Position numbers and translations under genes: made by a program. DNA of 61,843 nucleotides, taken from positions 3,269-65,111 of the forward strand of contig JABAZV010000012.1 in the NCBI GenBank assembly GCA_018608435.1, read 5' to 3'. The notes under the pieces were generated by a model. That model had not been told where the DNA came from. It did no database searches and was given only the letters and a program-made list of their open reading frames with translations. The stretch is from Patescibacteria group bacterium. GTDB lineage: Bacteria > Patescibacteriota > Minisyncoccia > Phycocordibacterales > UBA918. The first letter of the stretch is position 1. The number at the start of each line of letters is the position of its first letter. Of the stretch, positions 14,775-23,275 are shown one piece after another.

Positions 14775-15929
14775 ATGCAAAGAACTGCCAACAAGTTCTC
14801 TGTGCTTCAGGCTATTGCAGCGATTGCAGGCTTTGCCATTTTATTATGGTCAGTCGGTCTGCCTTCACTCCGTTTTGCGGAAGCTGCAAGTGTCACCTCA
14901 TTCAGCGATACCCTTTCGACTTCTGAGCCAAGTGTAGTGTCAAACCATACTATTCAGTTCACCACCAATGCTGGTGTTGCGGCTGGACAGTCAATTGTCA
15001 TTTCATTTGAATCAGGGTTTACAGGTGTAGCTGGAATCGCATTCGGCGACGTCGACTTGTCGGTCGACACAGGTTCAGTTGTCGAGGAAGACCTCGCTGC
15101 TGCTGCCTCCGGAGCGGATTGGGGTGTAAGTTCCGCTGGTCAAGATGTCACTATCACAAGTGGTACTGACACCATTGGAGCTAATGCTACAGTCACAATT
15201 GAGATCGGAACAAACGCCACTACCGGAGTAACTGGTACAAACCAGATTACCAACCCGGCAGCTGGATCTTACGAAGTAACGCTAACGTCAGGAGCGACTG
15301 ACACCGGTTCAACCCGAGTTGCAACCATCGAGACTGTTCTCGTAACAGCCTCTGTTGACACACTCTTTACATTTACTGTAGGAGGTGTAATAGGTGGACA
15401 AACAGTAAACGGTACTACAACCACCGGTTCAACTACACCCACAACAATCCCGTTTGGTGTACTGGACGCAGGAGTTGCTAGTACAGCTGCTCAAGACCTT
15501 ACGGTTGTAACAAACGCCAGAAATGGCTTTGTGGTAACAGTAACGGCCGACGGACAGCTTGATTCTTCCACCGGAGCTGACATCGATGGCTTCCGTAACG
15601 GAAACTTCGATTCAACAGCCGTACCGTGGGAGAGTCCATCAGCTAGTGTCGCCGATGAAAATACTTGGGGACACTGGGGTATTACCTCAGACGACCCGAC
15701 GATTACTGCCGGACTAACAGACGAGTTCGACACAGCTGGAGACGGTCAGGATTATGTATCCGCATCGACCACTCCAGTAGAAGTATTTCGTCATGATGGT
15801 CCGATCGATGGAACGCTAACCGGCCAGGGTACTGCCCGAATCGGTTACACCGTAGAAATTAGCGCCTTGCAAGAGGCTGGTAATGACTACGATGCCATTC
15901 TGACTTATGTAGCAACGCCAGTATTCTAG
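14775..15929 (+). CDS. secreted Thr/Gly-rich surface subunit candidate (384 aa)
   Basis: Signal peptide with AEA|AS. The sequence is entirely beta-type and T/G/A/V-rich. The C-terminal module is ...LFTFTVGG...IPFGVLDAG...LTVVTNARNGFVVTVTADG...GNDYDAILTYVATPVF. Confidence 0.85.
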   Translation: MQRTANKFSVLQAIAAIAGFAILLWSVGLPSLRFAEAASVTSFSDTLSTSEPSVVSNHTIQFTTNAGVAAGQSIVISFESGFTGVAGIAFGDVDLSVDTGSVVEEDLAAAASGADWGVSSAGQDVTITSGTDTIGANATVTIEIGTNATTGVTGTNQITNPAAGSYEVTLTSGATDTGSTRVATIETVLVTASVDTLFTFTVGGVIGGQTVNGTTTTGSTTPTTIPFGVLDAGVASTAAQDLTVVTNARNGFVVTVTADGQLDSSTGADIDGFRNGNFDSTAVPWESPSASVADENTWGHWGITSDDPTITAGLTDEFDTAGDGQDYVSASTTPVEVFRHDGPIDGTLTGQGTARIGYTVEISALQEAGNDYDAILTYVATPVF

Positions 15930-15980
15930 AGAACTTATGTTCTCAAATGATTATTGATTCCAAGCTTGGAGTTAACATAC

Positions 15981-16020
15981 AAAAAACCTATCTCCCACCA
16001 CGAGAGAGGTTTTTTGTTTT
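15981..16020 (+). terminator. rho-independent terminator
   Basis: Imperfect hairpin AACCTATCTC...GAGAGAGGTT flanked by A and T tracts. Confidence 0.6.
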
Positions 16021-16187
16021 TAAGGTGAATGTGTTTTGATAATAAGCTTTATCTGATTGAGTTTGTGATATTAACTAATTGTTTTATCGGTAGTTTTACT
16101 AATTATTAAATTAAACTTCGTCTAATTGCTGTCATCTGTGTACAGACAAAGTATTTAACTTGAAGTCACTGTTATAATTCACCTGTA

Positions 16188-17294
16188 ATGAATAAGCGAT
16201 TATTGGCGCCAGGGTTTATTTTGGTAATATTTTTAGCGGTACTTTCTCCCGATTCAGCGGAAGCAGCTTCGTTGTATATAGACCCTCCCTTTAGCGCTTT
16301 AAACAAAGGTGACGCAGGAGTTTTGGCTGTTAGACTCGATGTAGATGAGGATTCTGGCGAATGTGTAAATGCAGTTGATGCAGTTGTTTCATATTCAAAA
16401 GGAATTGAACCGACTGACATTTCGATTGGAGAGTCTATTTTAAGTATTTGGGTTGAAGAACCGCTTATTAACCGCGATGATAGAACTATCACTTTCGCTG
16501 GCGGGATTCCTAACGGCTACTGCGGACGCGTGGTAGGTGATCCGCAGCTAACTAATAAACTTGCAGAAATAATTGTCCGTTCACCGGGTTTTTCAATTGG
16601 TGCCAGTAGCGACACTTCAACCTCAACATTATCCTTTTCTAATAATTCCACTGTTTACTTAAATGATGGTTTTGGCACCAAGGCCTCGCTTAATACTTTT
16701 CCAGCAACGATAAGCTTGGGAGATAAGCCAGGTTCTGCAATGGAAGACCCGTGGCAAGAGATAGTCGATGCTGACACAACAGCACCGGAAGAGTTTAGTA
16801 TTTCCTTGCAGCGAGACGAAAAAGCTTTCAGTAAAAAATACTACATTGTTTTTAATACTTCAGATAAACAAACAGGAATCGATCGCTATGAAGTAATTGA
16901 AGAAAAAATAGATCTAATTGGTAGTTTTCAGTGGGGAAGGGCTGATGCTCCGTGGGTGAAAGCTAGAAGCCCTTACGTACTTGAAGATCAGACTTTGAAC
17001 AGCACAATCCGTGTTAAGGCAGTCGATAAGACAGGTAATGAGTACATTGCTACTTTGGTTCCGGACGAATCATTACGAACTGCTTCTGCTGAAAGTAGGG
17101 TTGCAATAGCAGCTATTGTGGCTGGAATCGGGCTGGTTTTGATGTTGGCAATTGTTGCAGTTGTATTTGCCTTTAGGCGGAAGCGACGTGGTCAGGCATC
17201 AGGGTTTGGTGGTAAAGAAGATGAGTCTGATGAAGTTTTTGACGAAGAAATAAGCGAAGAAGAAGTGACTGATAATTCCAAAATAGAAAAATAA
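16188..17294 (+). CDS. cohesin-like domain protein with C-terminal TM anchor and acidic tail
   Basis: Signal AEA|ASLYIDPP. The segment ...VLAVRLDVD..CVNAVDAVVSYSKGIEP..ISIGESILSIWVEEP...ITFAGGIPNGY fits the cohesin-type pattern seen in CPR proteins. The TM is IAAIVAGIGLVLMLAIVAVVFAF followed by RRKRR. Confidence 0.8.
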   Translation: MNKRLLAPGFILVIFLAVLSPDSAEAASLYIDPPFSALNKGDAGVLAVRLDVDEDSGECVNAVDAVVSYSKGIEPTDISIGESILSIWVEEPLINRDDRTITFAGGIPNGYCGRVVGDPQLTNKLAEIIVRSPGFSIGASSDTSTSTLSFSNNSTVYLNDGFGTKASLNTFPATISLGDKPGSAMEDPWQEIVDADTTAPEEFSISLQRDEKAFSKKYYIVFNTSDKQTGIDRYEVIEEKIDLIGSFQWGRADAPWVKARSPYVLEDQTLNSTIRVKAVDKTGNEYIATLVPDESLRTASAESRVAIAAIVAGIGLVLMLAIVAVVFAFRRKRRGQASGFGGKEDESDEVFDEEISEEEVTDNSKIEK

Positions 17295-17297
17295 ATC

Positions 17298-19112
17298 ATG
17301 ATAAATAAAGCAAGAAAAATATTACCATTGTCTTCGAATATTGTGATGAAGGTCTTTGTTTTGTTCACTTTGCTTTTCTCACTCCTTGCTTCTGCATCAG
17401 CAGCCGAGGCGGCTTCTCTTTCACTTTCGCCAAGTACAGGAGTTTATAGTGTTGGCAGTACATTCAGCAGTCAGGTGCGAGTAAACACAAACGGAAAGCC
17501 GGTCAATGCGGCAGATGGAGTACTTTCATTTAATCCAAACGAACTTTCAGTAGTGTCTGTTAATCGTGCCGGTTCTATATTCAACTTATGGGTTACTGAG
17601 CCGGAATTCTCCAATTCTGCTGGAACAATAAGTTTTAGTGGTGGTGTTCCATCTGGTTTTTCTGGAGCTTCTGGCAACGTGATGAGTGTTACTTTTAGAA
17701 CAAAAACTTCTGGAGCAACACGCGTTTCTTTCTCAAGTGGTTCGGTTCTCGCTAACGATGGTCGTGGAACTAACATTCTTTCCAATATGAGCGGTGGTTC
17801 TTACACTGTTTCAACGCCAACTACAGCACCAGCACCAGAAGTTATTGTTGAGTACGTTCCTCCGGCCAATACTCCATCTGCTCCAGTGATTACTTCAACC
17901 TCTCATGCAGATAAAAATGGTTGGTACAAAAATAACAATGCCGAGCTAGCATGGAGTTTTCCAAGCGGAATCACTTCTGTCCGCACACTCCTAAACGAAA
18001 GTCCAAACACAATTCCGACCAAGGTTTACGATAGTAATCTGCCACGCAATATTACTCTGGCTGATTTGCCTGAAGGTGAATCTTATTTCCATATTCAGTT
18101 CAAAAACTCCGATGGTTGGGGTAAAGTCGCTCATTACAGGCTCGGAGTTGATACGGCTAAGCCTAGTTCAATAGAAATAACTTCTCCCGAAGGAGAAAAT
18201 TTCGCCAACCCAAACCAAACTTTAGTCATTAATACCGCAGACGAAACGACTGCTGTCAGTCGCTTCATGGTGAAGCTTGATGCTGATGAGCCATATGAAG
18301 TGATAGACACAACAGGATCAAGCACAATTACTTTGCCACCACTTGAGCCAGGGTATCATTCTGTGATTATAGAAGCGTTCGACGAGGCAGGTAATAGTAT
18401 TGTTGGAACATACTCATTTACGATTGAATCTTTTGACCGTCCGATTTTTACAGAATATCCAAATGAAATTAGTAGTGAAGTAATTCCTGTTATCAAAGGA
18501 CAAACCAGGCCAAATTCTGTCGTCAATGTTGAGCTTACAAAAGTCGGAGGAGAGGCTTTAAAATATACAGTTGAAGCAGACGAGTCTGGTGTCTTTACTT
18601 TTATTCCAGAAGGTAGATTGACTGACGGTGTTTATGATTTGTCTGCAATGGCAACTGATTCATTTGGCGCAGTGAGCGAAAGGTCAGAGGTGGTGCGCAT
18701 AGCTGTGCAAGAGAGAGGTTATATTAGAATTGGATCATTTCTCATCAGTCTTCTTTCCGTAATTGTTCCTTTGGTGGCTTTGGTGGCTTTGCTTGGTCTA
18801 CTGCTTTGGTATGTACTTTTCCTCCGTCGTCGTTTTCGCAGCCGGCTGCGCATAGAATCATCCGAAGCGCTCAGTATTCTTAAGCAAGAGTTTTTTAATT
18901 TACACGATATACTTAATGTCCAAGAAACCACCCTGCGCAGTTCTCGTAAGTCAGGAAAACTGACAAAAGCAGAGGCAGAAGTAATGTCTGCCATTGATGC
19001 GGCGTTGACAGAATCACGTCAGAAAGTAGAAAAAGAAATTACCGATATTACAACTTTGGCAAAAGTCAGGCAAAAGAAAACAAGCAAATTAGACAAAAAA
19101 GTAACTAGATAA
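17298..19112 (+). CDS. cohesin-like domain protein with Ig-like domains, TM anchor and coiled cytoplasmic tail
   Basis: It starts 3 nt after the previous stop. The segment LSLSPSTGVYSVGSTFSSQVRVNTNGKPVNAADGVLSFNPNELSVVSVNRAGSIFNLWVTEPEFSNSAGTISFSGGVPSGF is cohesin-like. The TM is FLISLLSVIVPLVALVALLGLLLWYVLF. Confidence 0.85.
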   Translation: MINKARKILPLSSNIVMKVFVLFTLLFSLLASASAAEAASLSLSPSTGVYSVGSTFSSQVRVNTNGKPVNAADGVLSFNPNELSVVSVNRAGSIFNLWVTEPEFSNSAGTISFSGGVPSGFSGASGNVMSVTFRTKTSGATRVSFSSGSVLANDGRGTNILSNMSGGSYTVSTPTTAPAPEVIVEYVPPANTPSAPVITSTSHADKNGWYKNNNAELAWSFPSGITSVRTLLNESPNTIPTKVYDSNLPRNITLADLPEGESYFHIQFKNSDGWGKVAHYRLGVDTAKPSSIEITSPEGENFANPNQTLVINTADETTAVSRFMVKLDADEPYEVIDTTGSSTITLPPLEPGYHSVIIEAFDEAGNSIVGTYSFTIESFDRPIFTEYPNEISSEVIPVIKGQTRPNSVVNVELTKVGGEALKYTVEADESGVFTFIPEGRLTDGVYDLSAMATDSFGAVSERSEVVRIAVQERGYIRIGSFLISLLSVIVPLVALVALLGLLLWYVLFLRRRFRSRLRIESSEALSILKQEFFNLHDILNVQETTLRSSRKSGKLTKAEAEVMSAIDAALTESRQKVEKEITDITTLAKVRQKKTSKLDKKVTR

Positions 19113-19114
19113 AT

Positions 19115-19816
19115 ATGACAAATTCAGAAAAGCAAGATAGTAAGCAGAAAAAGAATAATTGGTCCAAATACATTTTTATTGGCGCGCTAATGTTTGTTTT
19201 TGTTTATGCTTTAACAGCAGGAATAGTTGATAGTCGCTTAAACGAATATAAGGAAACGCTCACTGGACAAATTGCTGAGCAAGAAACCTTATTAGCTGCC
19301 ATTGCAGAAACAATCGCGCGTGGTGGAGCAGATACAATTACAGAATCGATTATTCGTGATTGTACTCTTAGCGAAAGAGCAAGCTTTGATGATTTGCTTG
19401 GACGTTTAAACAGTAGTTTGTCTTACAGTCAGCTGGTTGAACTAGAGCGTTTGTTTGGTCGTTGCGCTTCTTTTTTCTCGGAAAGGAAGTCGGTGATGTC
19501 CGCTCGGTTTGCGCGTGAAATTGAAGTGTACGAAAACCACGTAATACAGCTTAGTGCAATTGATGGAAACGATCTATCAGAAAAGTATTCGGTTGATAGT
19601 TGGCATGCACTTGCTGCTGAAGAGCAAAAACAGAATGAGCTCTTTACAGAACTCGTACAACTACAAGAAGAAATAATAAAGACTCTGCTCGAAGGAAGTT
19701 CCATTGACTCGACCGAGATTGTAGACATTCTCACGCGCGTGAGTGAGGTTCAGGGGATTCTGGCAGTGTCTAGTCAGCAAGCGGCTGCCATTAGATCAGA
19801 GCTAGTCTCGCTATAG
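19115..19816 (+). CDS. membrane-anchored helical protein (233 aa)
   Basis: It starts 2 nt after the previous stop. One N-terminal TM (IFIGALMFVFVYALTAGIV) is followed by helical sequence. No family recognised. Confidence 0.75.
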   Translation: MTNSEKQDSKQKKNNWSKYIFIGALMFVFVYALTAGIVDSRLNEYKETLTGQIAEQETLLAAIAETIARGGADTITESIIRDCTLSERASFDDLLGRLNSSLSYSQLVELERLFGRCASFFSERKSVMSARFAREIEVYENHVIQLSAIDGNDLSEKYSVDSWHALAAEEQKQNELFTELVQLQEEIIKTLLEGSSIDSTEIVDILTRVSEVQGILAVSSQQAAAIRSELVSL

Positions 19817-19817
19817 A

Positions 19818-19852
19818 ACAAAGAACTACTGCAGCGCAGTAGTTCTTTGTTT
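19818..19852 (+). terminator. terminator hairpin
   Basis: 15-bp perfect stem ACAAAGAACTACTGC/GCAGTAGTTCTTTGT with loop AGC. The T tract is short. Confidence 0.7.
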
Positions 19853-20053
19853 AATCTGTGACCAGGTTTAAATAGTTATGATTACTGCAGTTACGCTTAT
19901 AAATTATTTAAAAGTTATTATGCAGAACTCTTTAACCTGCTAAGTGACATTATTTTTAAGTTAGTTCGGTTATGCAGACTGTGTCATAAACCTTGAGAAT
20001 GATATGTCATAATGTAGATAAGCTGTCGTTACAGACTGTCGTATTTTTACTAT

Positions 20054-20797
20054 ATGAAACGTTTAATGAATTGGATTTCAAATTCCATTTTGCCACCGAA
20101 AAAAAAGGGCGTTGTGCGTTTTATGTTTCCAGCCGCCGCTTCCATTGTTGCTCTTATGAGCGCTTCGGTTATTCTCAGTACAGAAGCTTCTTATGTGCGT
20201 CTAGAAGCGAGTAAGACAACCGTTGAGGCAGGTGGGAATTTTTCTGTACAGATTTATGCCTACGCACACGAGCCGGTCAATGCGATAGATGTGACAATAA
20301 ATTACGACTCTAACAAGGTTTCTGTAGAACAAATAGACCGCGGCCAATCAGTTATAACAATTTGGACAGAAGATCCGGTTATTACAGATAATAAAATTAT
20401 CTTCAGCGGTGGAACCTTCAGGCGAGGTTTCCTAAAAGAGCATTTAATCGCTTCGGTCGATTTCAAAGCAAAATCTACTGGGCCTAGTGAGTTTTCGGTT
20501 TCTGACTTACTTTTGCTTGCCGGTGATGGAACCGGTACTGAGGTGGCTGTTTCTGAGGTGATAGATTCAAAACTAAATTTATTCATTTATGATGAAAACT
20601 CAGATCCGGCGAAAATTAAAGTCGAAGCAACTTTAAATCTACTGACTGACCTTGACGGAGACGGAAAAATTACTTTACGGGACATAAGTGCTTTTATGGC
20701 TGCTTGGCACGATAAGAGTGCTTTCTATGATTTTAATAGTGATGGAAAAATGAGTTTCAGAGATTTCTCAATTATCTTGGCAAATTACTTCTTTTAG
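20054..20797 (+). CDS. cohesin-like plus dockerin-like protein (247 aa)
   Basis: N-terminal hydrophobic signal. The segment VEAGGNFSVQIYAYAHEPVNAIDVTINYDSNKVSVEQIDRGQSVITIWTEDP...IIFSGG is cohesin-like. The C-terminal DLDGDGKITLRDISAFMAAW and DFNSDGKMSFRDFSIILANY are dockerin-like. Confidence 0.85.
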   Translation: MKRLMNWISNSILPPKKKGVVRFMFPAAASIVALMSASVILSTEASYVRLEASKTTVEAGGNFSVQIYAYAHEPVNAIDVTINYDSNKVSVEQIDRGQSVITIWTEDPVITDNKIIFSGGTFRRGFLKEHLIASVDFKAKSTGPSEFSVSDLLLLAGDGTGTEVAVSEVIDSKLNLFIYDENSDPAKIKVEATLNLLTDLDGDGKITLRDISAFMAAWHDKSAFYDFNSDGKMSFRDFSIILANYFF

Positions 20798-20845
20798 ATA
20801 GAGTAATAGGCAGTTTGAATTATCGTTACAAAATTGAAAATCAGC

Positions 20846-20875
20846 AAGACGGCGAGCATAGCTCGTCGTCTTTCT
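20846..20875 (+). terminator. terminator hairpin
   Basis: Stem AAGACGGCGAGC/GCTCGTCGTCTT (one G:U) with loop ATA, followed by TCTG. The T tract is weak. Confidence 0.55.
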
Positions 20876-21081
20876 GTAATATTACGAACAAAAAACGACA
20901 ATAAATTTAACTCAACAACAGTAAAGCTTTACCAGTTTAGCCACTTTGCATGTTGATAGGATGAAATTTAGGTGTGCGAGCTTGTTATTATGTTATTACG
21001 TTCTTTCTGCGGTAGTTTAGCCATACGACGACTCAGAAAGCATGTAACTGTACAACGTAGAGTGTAATTTCCTTCTTGGAA

Positions 21082-23196
21082 ATGTCACTCAATAAAAAAA
21101 TTGATAAAGAGTTAAGGAAGAAACGCCGTACGGTGTTGTATTCAATGGTGTATGCCAGCAAGCTGTCAATGATGGCGGTTTTCTTGTTGTTACTTTCTTT
21201 TATTGCTCAGCCTTTAAACCAAGCCCTTGCGAATGGTCTAGAAGAGGAGTCTGAAACTGAAGAAACTGTAATTGCAGATGAAGTTAAGATGGATGATTCT
21301 GATAGTGAAGAGAATCAGCCAGAAGAAGTTGAGAGTAATAATCAAAACGTGTCAGATGCAGAAAATGTAAAAGAAAATCAAACTGACTCACAAGACGTGG
21401 TGCAAGCAGAAGTAGTTGATATTAAGCCAGTTGATTTGACTGAGGAAGAAATGGAGACAAATCAAACTACCGCACAAGTCACTGAAACTGAGGCCGTGTC
21501 TGATAACGAAAATGTTAATACTGCAGCTGAAGATGGCGAGGTTGAGAACGAAATTACTTCAACTGAGTCGCCAGTTATTTTTGAGGAAAGTCTTGAAAAC
21601 TTGCTGATAAACTCAGAAACACTTGATGTTTTGTTTAACGGAGAAGCTGCCTCTGAAGCTGATCTTGAATCTAACCTTGAACCAGATTCAGATATTCAAG
21701 CTGTTTCTCCAGTCATGGACGATATTAGTTCTACTACTGCAGAGGTTGGTGGTGAAGATTTAAATAATGGAGAGGTTTTAATGTCTGCCAGTACTAGCGC
21801 ACCACTTGCGACGAGCACTTCCGCATCGGCAGGAGGAGGATCTTCTTCTAGTGACAACCAGTCAGATGATGCTCTTGCGTCGACTGAAGATGCAGGTGTA
21901 GATGATTCTGGAAATGAGCAACAATCATCTGGCGGCGGTTCGGGCGGAGGAGTGGCAGATCCGGTAAATTCAGACAGAGAAGAAGAATCTGCAGCAGAAG
22001 AAGTTGCTAGTTCTTCAGACTCATCGTCTTCTGATGCTAAAGAGGAAGGGTCTGAAGAAAATTCTACTACAACAGTAGAGCGTGTTGTTGAGTCGCGTTA
22101 TTTGGTTACTGATGATAATTATTATCAGTTTGACAGAAAAGCTTGTGTGGCAGTTGGTGACGGAACATATCACTGTAGTTTAGCGACGGAAAATTCAATT
22201 GATCAAAATTCTGTCGTCTATGCCGAAGCTGGTGAAGACGGAGATATGGAAATATTTTTGCGTACAGCACGTGGTGGTGTTGAGCAGATTTCTGACAATA
22301 CACATGAAGACACCTCGCCACATATTGATCCTGAATCTATGAATATAGTTTGGCAGCGTTTGATTGACGGTCGCTATCAAGTAATTTTGTACAATTTGGA
22401 TGAAAAAAAAGAAAAGCAACTAACGTTCTCTCGCACCAACAACATGGAACCAAAGGTATCAAAAGAAGGAATTGTGTGGCAGGCGTGGGACGGAAACGAC
22501 TGGGAGATTATGTATTTTGACGGCACTTACACCGATCAGCTTACAGACAACCAAGCTCAAGATGTTGCTCCAGTGATCGAAGATGGTTATGTCTTGTGGA
22601 GTATTCTCGGCAGCGAAAATCAAGAGGCACGTGTTTATTCTCTTGAGGACGGTGAAACACTTTCGATTAAAGGTCATGAAGGCGGATCAATTGCCAATCC
22701 TCGTTTTGTCTTGGTTTACGACACAAAGTATGAAAACGGAGACATAATTACCCAGCGCTTTGATCCCGAGACTGGCTTGTCGGCACCGATTGCAGCCAAG
22801 CCAGCACCAGAACCAATACACATTCCTCCAGTTGATCCGATTGGGGAGATTCGCGCTTTAATTCAGAATAAGTCTTCGCAAAAAGAAGACCATGTAGAGA
22901 ATGATGTAGAGAATGGTGACAGTCAGCTTGATTTGGTCTCTGTTCCGGCTGATGACGACGATGTTACTCTCGATCTTAAGTCAGCTAGTTCATCTGATTT
23001 AGAAGGAGTAGAGATTGCTCCAGTAGCAGAAGAAGAGCCATTCATCCTGACTGACTACGACTTGGTTTTGACTGAAACGTATGAAGAATTGGTTCAGTCG
23101 ACATCGTCAGAGCCGGTGGCAGATTCGGCTGAGATTGTTGTCGGCGCTGTTGCAGAAAGTGAAGGTGTAAAAGTGGAGCTTATGAAGGAAGAGTAA
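21082..23196 (+). CDS. signal-anchored acidic protein with C-terminal propeller-like repeats
   Basis: ORF 21076 (TTG), with ATG at 21082. TM MMAVFLLLLSFIAQPL, then ~300 aa of D/E/S-rich low complexity. Repeated (I/V)VWQ..(D/W)DG..(E/Q)I(F/M/L)(L/Y) blades follow, resembling TolB-type beta-propeller repeats. Confidence 0.8.
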   Translation: MSLNKKIDKELRKKRRTVLYSMVYASKLSMMAVFLLLLSFIAQPLNQALANGLEEESETEETVIADEVKMDDSDSEENQPEEVESNNQNVSDAENVKENQTDSQDVVQAEVVDIKPVDLTEEEMETNQTTAQVTETEAVSDNENVNTAAEDGEVENEITSTESPVIFEESLENLLINSETLDVLFNGEAASEADLESNLEPDSDIQAVSPVMDDISSTTAEVGGEDLNNGEVLMSASTSAPLATSTSASAGGGSSSSDNQSDDALASTEDAGVDDSGNEQQSSGGGSGGGVADPVNSDREEESAAEEVASSSDSSSSDAKEEGSEENSTTTVERVVESRYLVTDDNYYQFDRKACVAVGDGTYHCSLATENSIDQNSVVYAEAGEDGDMEIFLRTARGGVEQISDNTHEDTSPHIDPESMNIVWQRLIDGRYQVILYNLDEKKEKQLTFSRTNNMEPKVSKEGIVWQAWDGNDWEIMYFDGTYTDQLTDNQAQDVAPVIEDGYVLWSILGSENQEARVYSLEDGETLSIKGHEGGSIANPRFVLVYDTKYENGDIITQRFDPETGLSAPIAAKPAPEPIHIPPVDPIGEIRALIQNKSSQKEDHVENDVENGDSQLDLVSVPADDDDVTLDLKSASSSDLEGVEIAPVAEEEPFILTDYDLVLTETYEELVQSTSSEPVADSAEIVVGAVAESEGVKVELMKEE

Positions 23197-23275
23197 AGGA
23201 GTGCGTAAGTAGCTGTTCGTTTGAATGAGTGTAGCCATCTTTTTCTTGAAGTAGAATCAGAAATCTCAAAACAAT

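Noticed and set aside
14757-14777. 12-nt match ACAACGTAGAGT just upstream of the start codons of the 14775 and 21082 genes (second copy at 21053-21064)
   Set aside because: A single 12-mer match is expected by chance many times in a 62-kb self-comparison. The flanks are only loosely similar, and the other locus genes lack it.
14620-14937. 105-aa + strand ORF upstream of and overlapping the 384-aa gene
   Set aside because: It has a non-ATG start and Cys/Arg/Leu-rich composition. It overlaps the signal-peptide-coding start of the 14775 gene in another frame and coincides with a hairpin-dense leader.
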